From a virus: a DNA stretch of 43,945 bases. Every line of letters begins with the position of its first letter. Position 1 is the stretch's first letter. Location of the stretch: IMG/VR virus record IMGVR_UViG_3300017698_000057, positions 1 through 43,945 of that record; one strand, 5' to 3'. Shown piece after piece: positions 33,807 through 41,052 of the stretch. The notes under the pieces were generated by a model that ran no database searches, had not been told where the DNA came from, and saw only the letters and a program-made list of their open reading frames with translations. Both the position numbers and the translations under genes were made by a program.

Positions 33807-33889
33807 CCGACCGCCGGAAACCGATTGTTTCCAGACTTGGCCGTGCAATGCAGGCCGGGAAACCCCACGTATTTCAGCGGGTTGGGGCA

Positions 33890-34123
33890 TCAGTCACCCC
33901 CGTTTATCGGGGTGGATGCGGAGCGTTCGATATGATCACCAGCCCAGAAAGACAGCGGCACTGCGCCCTCAGTGATGCGCTCAAGGGCCGCGGCCTTCTC
34001 CCAGTTCGGTTTTGCTTGTCCCGTGATCCAGCGGTGGATCGTTGGTTGGGTGACGCCAAGTTCCGCAGCAAGAGCGGCTTGGGTCATCTTGGACTGTTCC
34101 AGATATACAGCGAGCTTTGACAT
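33890..34123 (-). CDS. Cro / YdaS-like HTH protein, first gene of the minus-strand early operon
   Basis: 77 aa with MTQAALAAELGVTQPTIHRWITGQAKP. It is divergent from the XRE gene and has no Shine-Dalgarno upstream. Confidence 0.7.
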   Translation of the reverse strand: MSKLAVYLEQSKMTQAALAAELGVTQPTIHRWITGQAKPNWEKAAALERITEGAVPLSFWAGDHIERSASTPINGGD

Positions 34124-34129
34124 GCCCGG

Positions 34130-34159
34130 ACCATACGTCCAACGTATTTATACAGTCAA
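34130..34159 (-). promoter_or_regulatory. Candidate early promoter (PR-like) for the Cro-like gene
   Basis: On the minus strand: TTGACT (34159-34154), an 18-nt spacer, TATGGT (34135-34130), and then 6 nt before the ATG. This implies a leaderless or near-leaderless transcript. Confidence 0.4.
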
Positions 34160-34173
34160 TACGTCACGCGGAT
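34133..34173. promoter_or_regulatory. Two operator-like 15-bp inverted repeats (ATACG-N5-CGTAT type)
   Basis: ATACGTCCAACGTAT (34133-34147) and ATACGTCACGCGGAT (34159-34173) overlap the candidate -10 and -35 elements. Confidence 0.5.
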
Positions 34174-34227
34174 ATTTATACGCGCAGGGCTATAGGTCTC
34201 CTGCCGACTGCGCGGCATAAGGCGCGC

Positions 34228-34491
34228 ATGAAGAATCTTCGCGCCATCCGCAAATCCAAGAACCTCTCTCAAGCCAACTTGGCTGAGATGGTGGGCGTCA
34301 AGCAGGCCACGATCTCGCGCATCGAGAAAGGAGTGAACCACCCCTCTCTTGATGTCGTGATAAAAATTGCGGATGTGCTGGACGTTACCGAGGTGGAGTT
34401 GTTCAGGAGTTGTTCGGCTTGCCAGAGATGGAGCAGAAGGTCTTACAGGCTTTCCGCGAAGCAAGCCCAGAACGGCGCGCCGCGCTGCTGA
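34228..34491 (+). CDS. XRE-family repressor in the CI position, C-terminus altered by an 11-bp duplication
   Basis: HTH_3 core LRAIRKSKNLSQANLAEMVGVKQATISRIEKGVNHPSLDVVIKIADVLDVTEVELF. The tail RSCSACQRWSRRSY... is out of frame relative to a better-looking C-terminus. Confidence 0.7.
   Translation: MKNLRAIRKSKNLSQANLAEMVGVKQATISRIEKGVNHPSLDVVIKIADVLDVTEVELFRSCSACQRWSRRSYRLSAKQAQNGAPRC
34395..34416 (+). repeat. 11-bp tandem duplication GGAGTTGTTC(A/G) x2
   Basis: GGAGTTGTTCA (34395-34405) and GGAGTTGTTCG (34406-34416), inside the repressor gene. Confidence 0.9.
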
Positions 34492-34659
34492 CGCTTCTTT
34501 CCGACGATCAGTAAGGGCGGGATCGCACCCGCACCCTGTAAGGTATTTCAGCGCGGCCCATAGCTGCCGTTTGTAATCCTCTTTCATTTGTAACCTCCCT
34601 TAATCGCTACACCTGCGGTTTATCCAAAAATACCTTTGCGCGACACTTTTTTTCAAAAT

Positions 34660-34702
34660 ATACGCCACACGCATTGACAGGCATATACGCACGACGTATT
34701 TT
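34660..34702 (+). promoter_or_regulatory. PL-like promoter with two operator-like sites
   Basis: TTGACA (34674-34679), a 17-nt spacer and TATTTT (34697-34702). It is overlapped by ATACGCCACACGCAT (34660-34674) and ATACGCACGACGTAT (34685-34699). Confidence 0.55.
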
Positions 34703-34751
34703 TCTCCCCACATCCCGCCGAATCTGACAGGCGGCAAACGGGAGAGAGACG

Positions 34752-35123
34752 ATGCCGAAGCCCAAAATCACACCCGGCATGAACTATGCCACGCTCACGG
34801 ATTTCGGTGATCCGACCGCGCCGGTTTGGAGCGACACGCTCATGCGGTTCGATGACGCCTGCACGGTGTTCGCGGAACACATGGATGCGGGCCGCGATAC
34901 CACGGTTTTCCGCGTCGATCCTGCCGTTGGCTATGCCGCCGCAGTGATGATCGACGTGACCGACGATGCCGAAGCGCGCGTCACCAAGTGGCTCATGAAG
35001 CGCGGCGATGATCTGCCCGAATGGCTGGGCGGCGATCCCGAAACCTGCCCCGACTGTCACCGCGAACACTGCAACTGCGACGAGGCATATGACCTGCGCG
35101 CGGAAGCCGGTGAGATAGCCTGA
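34752..35123 (+). CDS. Hypothetical 123-aa protein (C-terminal CPDCHREHCNC)
   Basis: First gene after the PL-like promoter, with a GGGAGAG Shine-Dalgarno. Confidence 0.6.
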   Translation: MPKPKITPGMNYATLTDFGDPTAPVWSDTLMRFDDACTVFAEHMDAGRDTTVFRVDPAVGYAAAVMIDVTDDAEARVTKWLMKRGDDLPEWLGGDPETCPDCHREHCNCDEAYDLRAEAGEIA

Positions 35124-35186
35124 ATGCCCCGCCAACTACCCGGCGGGGTTCACGCCTCGCCGGGGATTTTCAGAAGGGAACATGAT

Positions 35187-35594
35187 ATGAACAACGCAAA
35201 GTGGATTGAAAGCCTTCGTGGCAAGCGGCACACCGACATGTCGCTGGACGAGGCGTGGACTGTCCAGAAGATGATCGTGGACGGCGACCTACTGCACGTT
35301 GACGGCCAGGTTGTCCGAGCACTCGATGAACTGGCGACCACGGGACGGGCCGAATATCTCGGCATCTCCATTTCCCGCGAAAGCAACGGCATCTTTGAGG
35401 TCAATGACGGTGGCGACATTGCCATCGCAGACAGCGCGCTTGAGGCCATCGACATGTGCGAGGCCCACCGCAGCAAGTTCCGGGACACGCCACTGCGCGA
35501 ACCAGAGCCGCCCACCTACGACGAAGCCCTTGCCACGAAATGCGATGCAGAGGCGCGGGAATGGGAAGCGATGAAGCTCAAGGGGATGCTGTGA
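35187..35594 (+). CDS. Hypothetical 135-aa protein
   Basis: Starts MNNAKWIESLRGKRH with AAGGGA upstream. Its stop overlaps the next ATG as TGATG. Confidence 0.55.
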   Translation: MNNAKWIESLRGKRHTDMSLDEAWTVQKMIVDGDLLHVDGQVVRALDELATTGRAEYLGISISRESNGIFEVNDGGDIAIADSALEAIDMCEAHRSKFRDTPLREPEPPTYDEALATKCDAEAREWEAMKLKGML

Positions 35595-36742
35595 TGATCC
35601 TATTCAAGAACCCAGGGCTGATTGATCTTCGCGGCCTGAAAACATTCGGCCTCTCAAGCAAAGGGCAAGACCAGATCGGTCGCTTCGGTACCGGCCTGAA
35701 ATACGCGACGGCTGTTATCGTGCGCAATGGCGGGGCCGTCTCGATCTGGGCAGATGGACGCTGGAACGAGATCACTACCCGGACAGACAGCTTTCGCGGC
35801 ACCGACATTCAGCATGTCACCATGAACGGCGACGATCTTCCTTTCACGACCGATCTTGGCCGTGATTGGGAAGTTTGGATGGCATTCAGGGAACTCTACG
35901 CCAACGCCCTCGATGAAGGCGGCGACGTTGACCGCTCCGATGAATGCCCAGAGCCGGACCAAAACGAAACGATCATTGCTGTCACCCTCGACGCTTTCGA
36001 GGCGATCTTTTTCTCGATGGAAGAGCACTTCATCGGCGGCGACGAAACTCCGATCTGGTCCAGCGATGACATGGACGTGTATCGTGGCCGGTCGCCGTTC
36101 GTCTTTTATCGCGGCATCGCCGTTCAGAAGCTAAAGACGCCCGCCGCCTATCGGTATAACTTGAAAGGCTATGTCGATCTGACAGAGGATCGAACGGCCA
36201 AATATTCCTGGCAGGTGCAGAACCGCATCGCGTCGGCATTGCTCAAGTGCGACGACGCGTCGATCACCGACGCCGCCTGCGACCAGCGGAACGAGTTCGA
36301 GGCCAAGATAGATTTCACGGACGTTTCTGAAACGCCCTCTGAGGTATTTCTTGGTAGCGCAGTGAAGGCAGGGGCGAATTGCAACCCGACAGCCACGGCA
36401 ATTGTACGGTCTCAACTGCCATCAGACGGCAGTATGGCGACTGTACTGCAAAAGGGCGCGCCGGGCGCTGAGTGTCTGAGCAACGCACTTACCACACTGC
36501 GAGCCATTGGGGCCGACCTATCCAAAGCGAAGTTTGTTTTGGCAGAGGGCATCCCGATCTACCGCGACTATGACGTGCGTGGCGATGCCGTGTTCTTGTC
36601 TGAAAGCATCTTCGAGAACGAAACCCGCATGACGATTGCAGTGATCGAAGGCTATGCGGGCGTCGTTGGCGGTGGGTGGATGGCGAAACGGTTAATCGAA
36701 CTGTCATCCGCTGGGGCCGACCAATGGCCCTCACCACCATAG
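35594..36742 (+). CDS. Hypothetical 382-aa protein
   Basis: Starts MILFKNPGLIDLRGLKTFG. It contains IGRFGTGLKYA and RELYANALDEGGD. No family was confidently recognised. Confidence 0.6.
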   Translation: MILFKNPGLIDLRGLKTFGLSSKGQDQIGRFGTGLKYATAVIVRNGGAVSIWADGRWNEITTRTDSFRGTDIQHVTMNGDDLPFTTDLGRDWEVWMAFRELYANALDEGGDVDRSDECPEPDQNETIIAVTLDAFEAIFFSMEEHFIGGDETPIWSSDDMDVYRGRSPFVFYRGIAVQKLKTPAAYRYNLKGYVDLTEDRTAKYSWQVQNRIASALLKCDDASITDAACDQRNEFEAKIDFTDVSETPSEVFLGSAVKAGANCNPTATAIVRSQLPSDGSMATVLQKGAPGAECLSNALTTLRAIGADLSKAKFVLAEGIPIYRDYDVRGDAVFLSESIFENETRMTIAVIEGYAGVVGGGWMAKRLIELSSAGADQWPSPP

Positions 36743-36840
36743 CCATAGCCATCGGATGCATCGCCGTTCTGTGCGTGGCGGTGGATTTCATGGCCGGGCT
36801 TCTGGCGCTGCTGCATGACGATTGGAGCGACGATGACTGA
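36724..36840 (+). CDS. Possible 38-aa TM peptide (not in the ORF track)
   Basis: MALTTIAIAIGCIAVLCVAVDFMAGLLALLHDDWSDDD. Third-position GC is high and the Shine-Dalgarno is weak. Confidence 0.35.
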   Translation: MALTTIAIAIGCIAVLCVAVDFMAGLLALLHDDWSDDD

Positions 36841-36940
36841 CCGCCGCCGCACCCCGTCTGGCTGGTGGCTATGCCCCGTGGCGGCCCTAGGCCTGCTGTG
36901 CTGGGCCATCGCCGGCGTAATCATTTGGAGCGTAATCTGA
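36833..36940 (+). CDS. Possible 35-aa TM peptide (not in the ORF track)
   Basis: MTDRRRTPSGWWLCPVAALGLLCWAIAGVIIWSVI. GGAG lies 6 nt upstream. Its stop overlaps the exonuclease ATG as TGATG. Confidence 0.4.
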   Translation: MTDRRRTPSGWWLCPVAALGLLCWAIAGVIIWSVI

Positions 36941-37938
36941 TGGCATTGAACATTCAGGAAATCCCTGACGGCCATGTGATCGAGGAACCGGGCGCGTACC
37001 GCTGTTCGATGGCGGCCTATCACAGCCAGGACATTTGCCCCGGCCCGTCCGTTTCTTCGACGGGCCTGCGGAAGCTGGCCCTGCAATCGCCGTGGGCATT
37101 CTGGAAAACATGGGACGGCAACCCTGATCGGTATCCCGAGAAAGAGCCGTCACCGAGTTTGATCCTTGGCCGGGCCGCCCATGCCCTGATCCTTGGCGAC
37201 GAGGTTTTCGACGAGCATTTCATCTACGTTCCCGACGATGCGCCGCCCCGGCCCACGGCTACGCAGGTCGCCGCCTTTGAACGGACGGGCAAATGGTCTG
37301 ACAGCGCCGCGCCCCGTGCCGAGTTCTGGGATGCCTTCGATGCGCGGGCCGAAGGCCGGCACCTGCTGACGGCGGATCAATCCGAGAAGATCGTCTACAT
37401 GGCGGAAAGCCTTGCCGCGAACCCGCAGTGTGTGGAGTTGCTGCGCTCCGACCTGATCGAGATCAGCATGATCTGGCAGGATGCGCCGACGGGGATCTGG
37501 GTCAAGAGCCGCCCGGACTGCCTGCCGACGAACGGCGCCGATGTGTCTGACCTGAAAACCATCGCGCCGAAGGGGGCCGACTTCCGCTTGGCCGTACAGC
37601 GCGCGACCACCGACCACGGCTATTACATTCAGATGGCGCTGGCCCTGATGGGCGCGGAAGAAGTCTTGGGCGCCACGGCCGCAGATTGCGCCCTGGTGTT
37701 CCTGCAAACGACGGAGCCCTACGAGTGCGCGCCGCTGTTTATCGACCAGGACACGCTTTATCTCGGCCGCGTTCTTATCCGGCACGCATTGGACACGATG
37801 GCGCGGTGCCTTGAGACGGGCGACTGGCCGGGCATCGGCGTTGATCCCGTCACCTACGCATTGCCGCCGAGCATGGCGGGACGGCTCTACGAACTGCAAT
37901 CCGCCGGCGAAGTTCCCAAACTAGAGGACCACCCATGA
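36940..37938 (+). CDS. PD-(D/E)XK family exonuclease (RecE / DUF3799-like)
   Basis: 332 aa with VKSRPD...VSDLKT...GYYIQMALA, matching the D-(D/E)xK and QxxxY nuclease pattern. It lies immediately upstream of RecT. Confidence 0.7.
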   Translation: MALNIQEIPDGHVIEEPGAYRCSMAAYHSQDICPGPSVSSTGLRKLALQSPWAFWKTWDGNPDRYPEKEPSPSLILGRAAHALILGDEVFDEHFIYVPDDAPPRPTATQVAAFERTGKWSDSAAPRAEFWDAFDARAEGRHLLTADQSEKIVYMAESLAANPQCVELLRSDLIEISMIWQDAPTGIWVKSRPDCLPTNGADVSDLKTIAPKGADFRLAVQRATTDHGYYIQMALALMGAEEVLGATAADCALVFLQTTEPYECAPLFIDQDTLYLGRVLIRHALDTMARCLETGDWPGIGVDPVTYALPPSMAGRLYELQSAGEVPKLEDHP

Positions 37939-38912
37939 ACGACCAACCCAAACAGGTACACCCGATTGTTCGCTTCAAGGGCGATCTGGAAGCACTGCAC
38001 GAGCGCGGTGAACTGGACATGCTGCCGCAGACGATCCCCTACGCGGCTTTCAAGAACGCGGCAATCGTGGCGGTGACGGACAATCCCAGCATCCTGTCAT
38101 GCGACCGTGGCAGCGTGTTCAAGGCGGTTCGGACACTGGCGGCGGCGGGGCTTGTTCCCGATGGTCGGGAAGCGGCGATCGTGCCGTTCAAGGGAACCGC
38201 ACAGGCAATGCCGATGGTGGCGGGGCTGATCAAGGTCGCGCGCAACTCCGGCAAGATCATCTCTCTGTGGTCGGAAGTGGTCTACGAGGGCGAGGAATTT
38301 CGCGTCTGGATCGAGGACGGCGAACGGAAGTTCGAGCATAACTATGACCCGCTGGAACGCGGCGGCGAAATCCGTGGCGCCTATGCCGTGGCAAAGTTGA
38401 AGGACGGCTCCGTGGACATGGAACCCATGTCGCGCAAGGAGATCGAGAAGCGGCGCAAGGCGAGTTCCAACCAGAAGGGCGACAACCCGACGGGTATCTG
38501 GGCGCAGTGGTACGGGGAGATGGCCCGCAAGACCGTGATCCGGGCCCTGTGCAAGCGGTTGCCCATGTCCACCGAGGACATCGACCGGATGATGGTCGAG
38601 CAAGACCCGGTGCCGATGAAGGACGTGACCCCGGAGCGCGATAAGCCCACCCGTACCCTCGCCCAACGGCTGCAAGAGCCGGAAGAACCGGAAGGGCCGA
38701 TCGACGGCGAGGTAATGCCGGAACAGGACGGCCCGCACTGGACGGAAGAAATCGACACGTCAGAGGCATTCCCCGGCGACGATGTGTTCACGGAGGGCGT
38801 CAACGCATTCCAATCCGGCGCTGACCGTAAAACCTGCCCATATAGCGACCCCTCTGTTGCGTGCCACTGGCTTGGGGGGTGGGATCAGGCGAAGGCGGCG
38901 GCCGAGAAATGA
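37935..38912 (+). CDS. recT: RecT-family single-strand annealing protein with C-terminal Rmf/CrpP-like extension
   Basis: RecT-like core (AAIVPFKG...MPMVAGLIKVARNSG...GAYAVAKLKDG). The C-terminal FTEGVNAFQSGADRKTCPYSDPSVACHWLGGWDQA resembles ribosome modulation factor. Confidence 0.8.
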   Translation: MNDQPKQVHPIVRFKGDLEALHERGELDMLPQTIPYAAFKNAAIVAVTDNPSILSCDRGSVFKAVRTLAAAGLVPDGREAAIVPFKGTAQAMPMVAGLIKVARNSGKIISLWSEVVYEGEEFRVWIEDGERKFEHNYDPLERGGEIRGAYAVAKLKDGSVDMEPMSRKEIEKRRKASSNQKGDNPTGIWAQWYGEMARKTVIRALCKRLPMSTEDIDRMMVEQDPVPMKDVTPERDKPTRTLAQRLQEPEEPEGPIDGEVMPEQDGPHWTEEIDTSEAFPGDDVFTEGVNAFQSGADRKTCPYSDPSVACHWLGGWDQAKAAAEK

Positions 38913-39103
38913 CCCGCGATTTTGCCGCCATTCCCGCCGTCAGGAACCAGCTTGCACAGGCCGAGGAAAAGGCCCGCGCGGCGGCGAAGATCGCGCGGGA
39001 TGCCGGCCTGACGGATACCGCCGAGGAAATCATGATCATCTTCCGGCGGATGCGGGTTCTGACGGGCAAGGACGGTTGGCTCGACTGGATGGAGCGGGAT
39101 TGA
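38909..39103 (+). CDS. Hypothetical 64-aa protein
   Basis: Overlaps the RecT stop as ATGA. Starts MTRDFAAIPAVRNQLAQAEEKARAAAK. Confidence 0.5.
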   Translation: MTRDFAAIPAVRNQLAQAEEKARAAAKIARDAGLTDTAEEIMIIFRRMRVLTGKDGWLDWMERD

Positions 39104-39318
39104 TGTGGACCGACGCGGAGATGCTGACGGCGCTGCATCTTCGCTACGTCGAGGGGCTGTCAGCACGGGCCGTCGCGGAACGCCTTGGCCGTAGCTGGAA
39201 CGCAACGCGGGCCATGTTGAGCAAGATCAACCGCGAGACAGACAAACACGACCTGTCACCGCACCTGAACGGGACGATGAAGGCCGATTGGTGGAAGGAA
39301 GGACTGCGGAACCGATGA
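39103..39318 (+). CDS. GcrA-N-terminal-like HTH protein
   Basis: MWTDAEMLTALHLRYVEGLSARAVAERLGRSWNATRAMLSKINR resembles the GcrA N-terminal domain. It is coupled to its neighbour as TGATG. Confidence 0.55.
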   Translation: MWTDAEMLTALHLRYVEGLSARAVAERLGRSWNATRAMLSKINRETDKHDLSPHLNGTMKADWWKEGLRNR

Positions 39319-39563
39319 AGTACCTGGAACCATCGAAGCACTTGGGCGACGGGGGAAACCTGGTGGGCAAATTGCCGTCGCAAATCTCGAAGGAAGATCT
39401 TCGCGACCTTGGGCACCCGGAAAGCCCGATCAAGGCAATCCGCCGTAATTGCGTGGAATGTTCGGGCGGAAGCGAAGCCGAGGCGCGCAAGTGTACGGCG
39501 ACCATGTGCCCGCTCTGGCCGTTCCGCATGGGCCGCAACCCGTTTCATGGGAGAGCGAAATGA
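39315..39563 (+). CDS. Small Cys-rich (zinc-finger-like) phage protein
   Basis: 82 aa containing IRRNCVECSGGSEAEARKCTATMCPLWPFRMGRNP. It is coupled to its neighbour as ATGA. Confidence 0.55.
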   Translation: MKYLEPSKHLGDGGNLVGKLPSQISKEDLRDLGHPESPIKAIRRNCVECSGGSEAEARKCTATMCPLWPFRMGRNPFHGRAK

Positions 39564-39922
39564 ACCCGGCGCTTCTTCCCAAGGTGCGGTCTGACGATCT
39601 GCGGAACTCGGCCAAGCAAATGCCCTGCACACTGCGGATCGGCACGTTCATCGGCCTGCCGTGCGCACCGCAAGAAACCAATGTTCATTGCCACCTTCCC
39701 GTTCACGGAAAAGGCGTGTCGACCAAGGTTTCCGACCTGCACATGGCCTGCGGATGCGCCGTCTGCCACGACCTGCTGGATGATCGGGACGCCCGCGGCC
39801 TGATGATCCGCGAGAGATACCCCCGTGCATTCTATGAGCGCCTGTTCCTGGCGAATGCCGAAACCATAAGCTGGTGGGTCGAAATGGGCCTGCTGAACGG
39901 AACCGATTGGAACGTGATCTGA
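39560..39922 (+). CDS. DUF1364 / YbcO-like putative nuclease
   Basis: 120 aa containing CTLRIGTFIGLPCAPQETNVHCHLPVHGKGVSTKVSDLHMACGCAVCHDLLD. Confidence 0.55.
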   Translation: MNPALLPKVRSDDLRNSAKQMPCTLRIGTFIGLPCAPQETNVHCHLPVHGKGVSTKVSDLHMACGCAVCHDLLDDRDARGLMIRERYPRAFYERLFLANAETISWWVEMGLLNGTDWNVI

Positions 39923-39935
39923 GAAGGAGCGCCCC

Positions 39936-40169
39936 ATGATTGACCCCCGACTGCAACGGATACCGGGCTGTGAGGATCGTCGCCCGGATACTCATACAGC
40001 CTCGATGATGGCGACGGATGCAATGGCCGCGCTGCCGTTCGATACACTCTGCGATGTGATCGAGGCGCATCTTGAGGCCCGGCCAGACATGCACTGGCGG
40101 CGGCTGCACGGTCTCGCCACGGCGCTCGATCGCAAAGCGTGGGCCGGGATGCCGGTGGAAAGCCAATGA
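39936..40169 (+). CDS. Hypothetical 77-aa protein
   Basis: GAAGGAG Shine-Dalgarno 6 nt upstream of the ATG. Confidence 0.5.
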   Translation: MIDPRLQRIPGCEDRRPDTHTASMMATDAMAALPFDTLCDVIEAHLEARPDMHWRRLHGLATALDRKAWAGMPVESQ

Positions 40170-40258
40170 CCCGCCTCGCCATTCTCGCCGCCCTCGCCCT
40201 GTCGGCCTGCGCCGCAGGAAAATCCTGTGGTTATGGAAGCCTACCGGAAAGGAACTGA
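40166..40258 (+). CDS. Possible 30-aa lipoprotein (not in the ORF track)
   Basis: MTRLAILAALALSACAAGKSCGYGSLPERN with lipobox LSA-C. It overlaps the upstream stop as ATGA. Confidence 0.35.
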   Translation: MTRLAILAALALSACAAGKSCGYGSLPERN

Positions 40259-40261
40259 GCA

Positions 40262-40663
40262 ATGACTGACTCATTTCAGAAGAAGGCCATTGAAGCACTG
40301 CGGCAAGAGCAGGCCGCGCTCGCTGCAAGGCGCGAAGCGGAAGCCAAAGAGCGTGCCGAGATCATGGGCTATGTTCGCAAAAACGTCTATCTCTGCGACG
40401 ACTGCGGCGCGGGCTGGGTGTCCGTCGATATGGACGAGGGCGTGACACCGTTCAAGGACAAGTGCCCGATCTGCGAAGTGGGCACTGGCACCAGCCTCTT
40501 CTACAATATCCCGCAGGAAATCCTTGCAAAGAAGCCGCCGCGCGTGGCGTGGCAGAAGCCTACGGCCAAGGACATTCGGAAAGCCCGCCCTGTCCTGAAA
40601 CAGCACTACGAAAATGGCGGGTTGAAGCGCGTGGTCTTGGACGAGGAATGGGCCGACCAATGA
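40262..40663 (+). CDS. Hypothetical zinc-ribbon protein
   Basis: 133 aa with an N-terminal coiled coil and CDDCGAGW...CPICEVG. Confidence 0.55.
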   Translation: MTDSFQKKAIEALRQEQAALAARREAEAKERAEIMGYVRKNVYLCDDCGAGWVSVDMDEGVTPFKDKCPICEVGTGTSLFYNIPQEILAKKPPRVAWQKPTAKDIRKARPVLKQHYENGGLKRVVLDEEWADQ

Positions 40664-40929
40664 CCGAGATTGACACAAGCCGGGAAGCGGTGGAGCGCGT
40701 CATCGCCAGCCTCAATGAGCATGACCCGCAGGACATGGAAATCATCGCGCCAATGCTGCGCGGCCTGCTGGACGAGATAGAGCGGATGCGGGGGCTGCTG
40801 GATTTCGCCATTGAAATGACCGGCGAGCCTGATTGCTGGTATGACCACCACGGATATTGCCAAGCGCACAACCTGCAACCGAAAGGCGAATGTTGGGTGG
40901 AGTTGGCCAAGAAAGGAGCCGACCAATGA
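40660..40929 (+). CDS. Hypothetical 89-aa protein
   Basis: Overlaps the upstream stop as ATGA. Starts MTEIDTSREAVERVIASLNEHDPQDMEII. Confidence 0.5.
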   Translation: MTEIDTSREAVERVIASLNEHDPQDMEIIAPMLRGLLDEIERMRGLLDFAIEMTGEPDCWYDHHGYCQAHNLQPKGECWVELAKKGADQ

Positions 40930-41052
40930 CAACTGACACAGAAGCCCGTGAACTGTTGTCGCAGCTGACAAGATTCACGAAGCAACATCGCGCATGTAGT
41001 CGAAGATTCTGACTATATCGTAAATGGGAACATCATCGCCGCCGCCCCCGAC

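Noticed and set aside
33495-33890. 131-aa minus-strand ORF whose ATG overlaps the Cro-like stop as TGATG.
   Set aside because: Third-position GC is only about 46 percent, against about 75 percent for the plus-strand 63-aa membrane ORF it overlaps. The translation has no recognisable features.
34156-34587. 143-aa minus-strand ORF with a strong AGGGAGG Shine-Dalgarno 6 nt before its ATG at 34587.
   Set aside because: It runs antisense through the whole XRE repressor gene and the operator region. Codon bias is mixed and there are no motifs. The Shine-Dalgarno-like sequence may be coincidental. A very short antisense peptide or RNA cannot be excluded.
35594-36742. Calling the 382-aa protein a GHKL/Bergerat-fold ATPase.
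   Set aside because: Only two short motifs resemble the G2 and N boxes, and they occur in reversed order. No DxGxG box was seen. The resemblance is too weak without a profile search.
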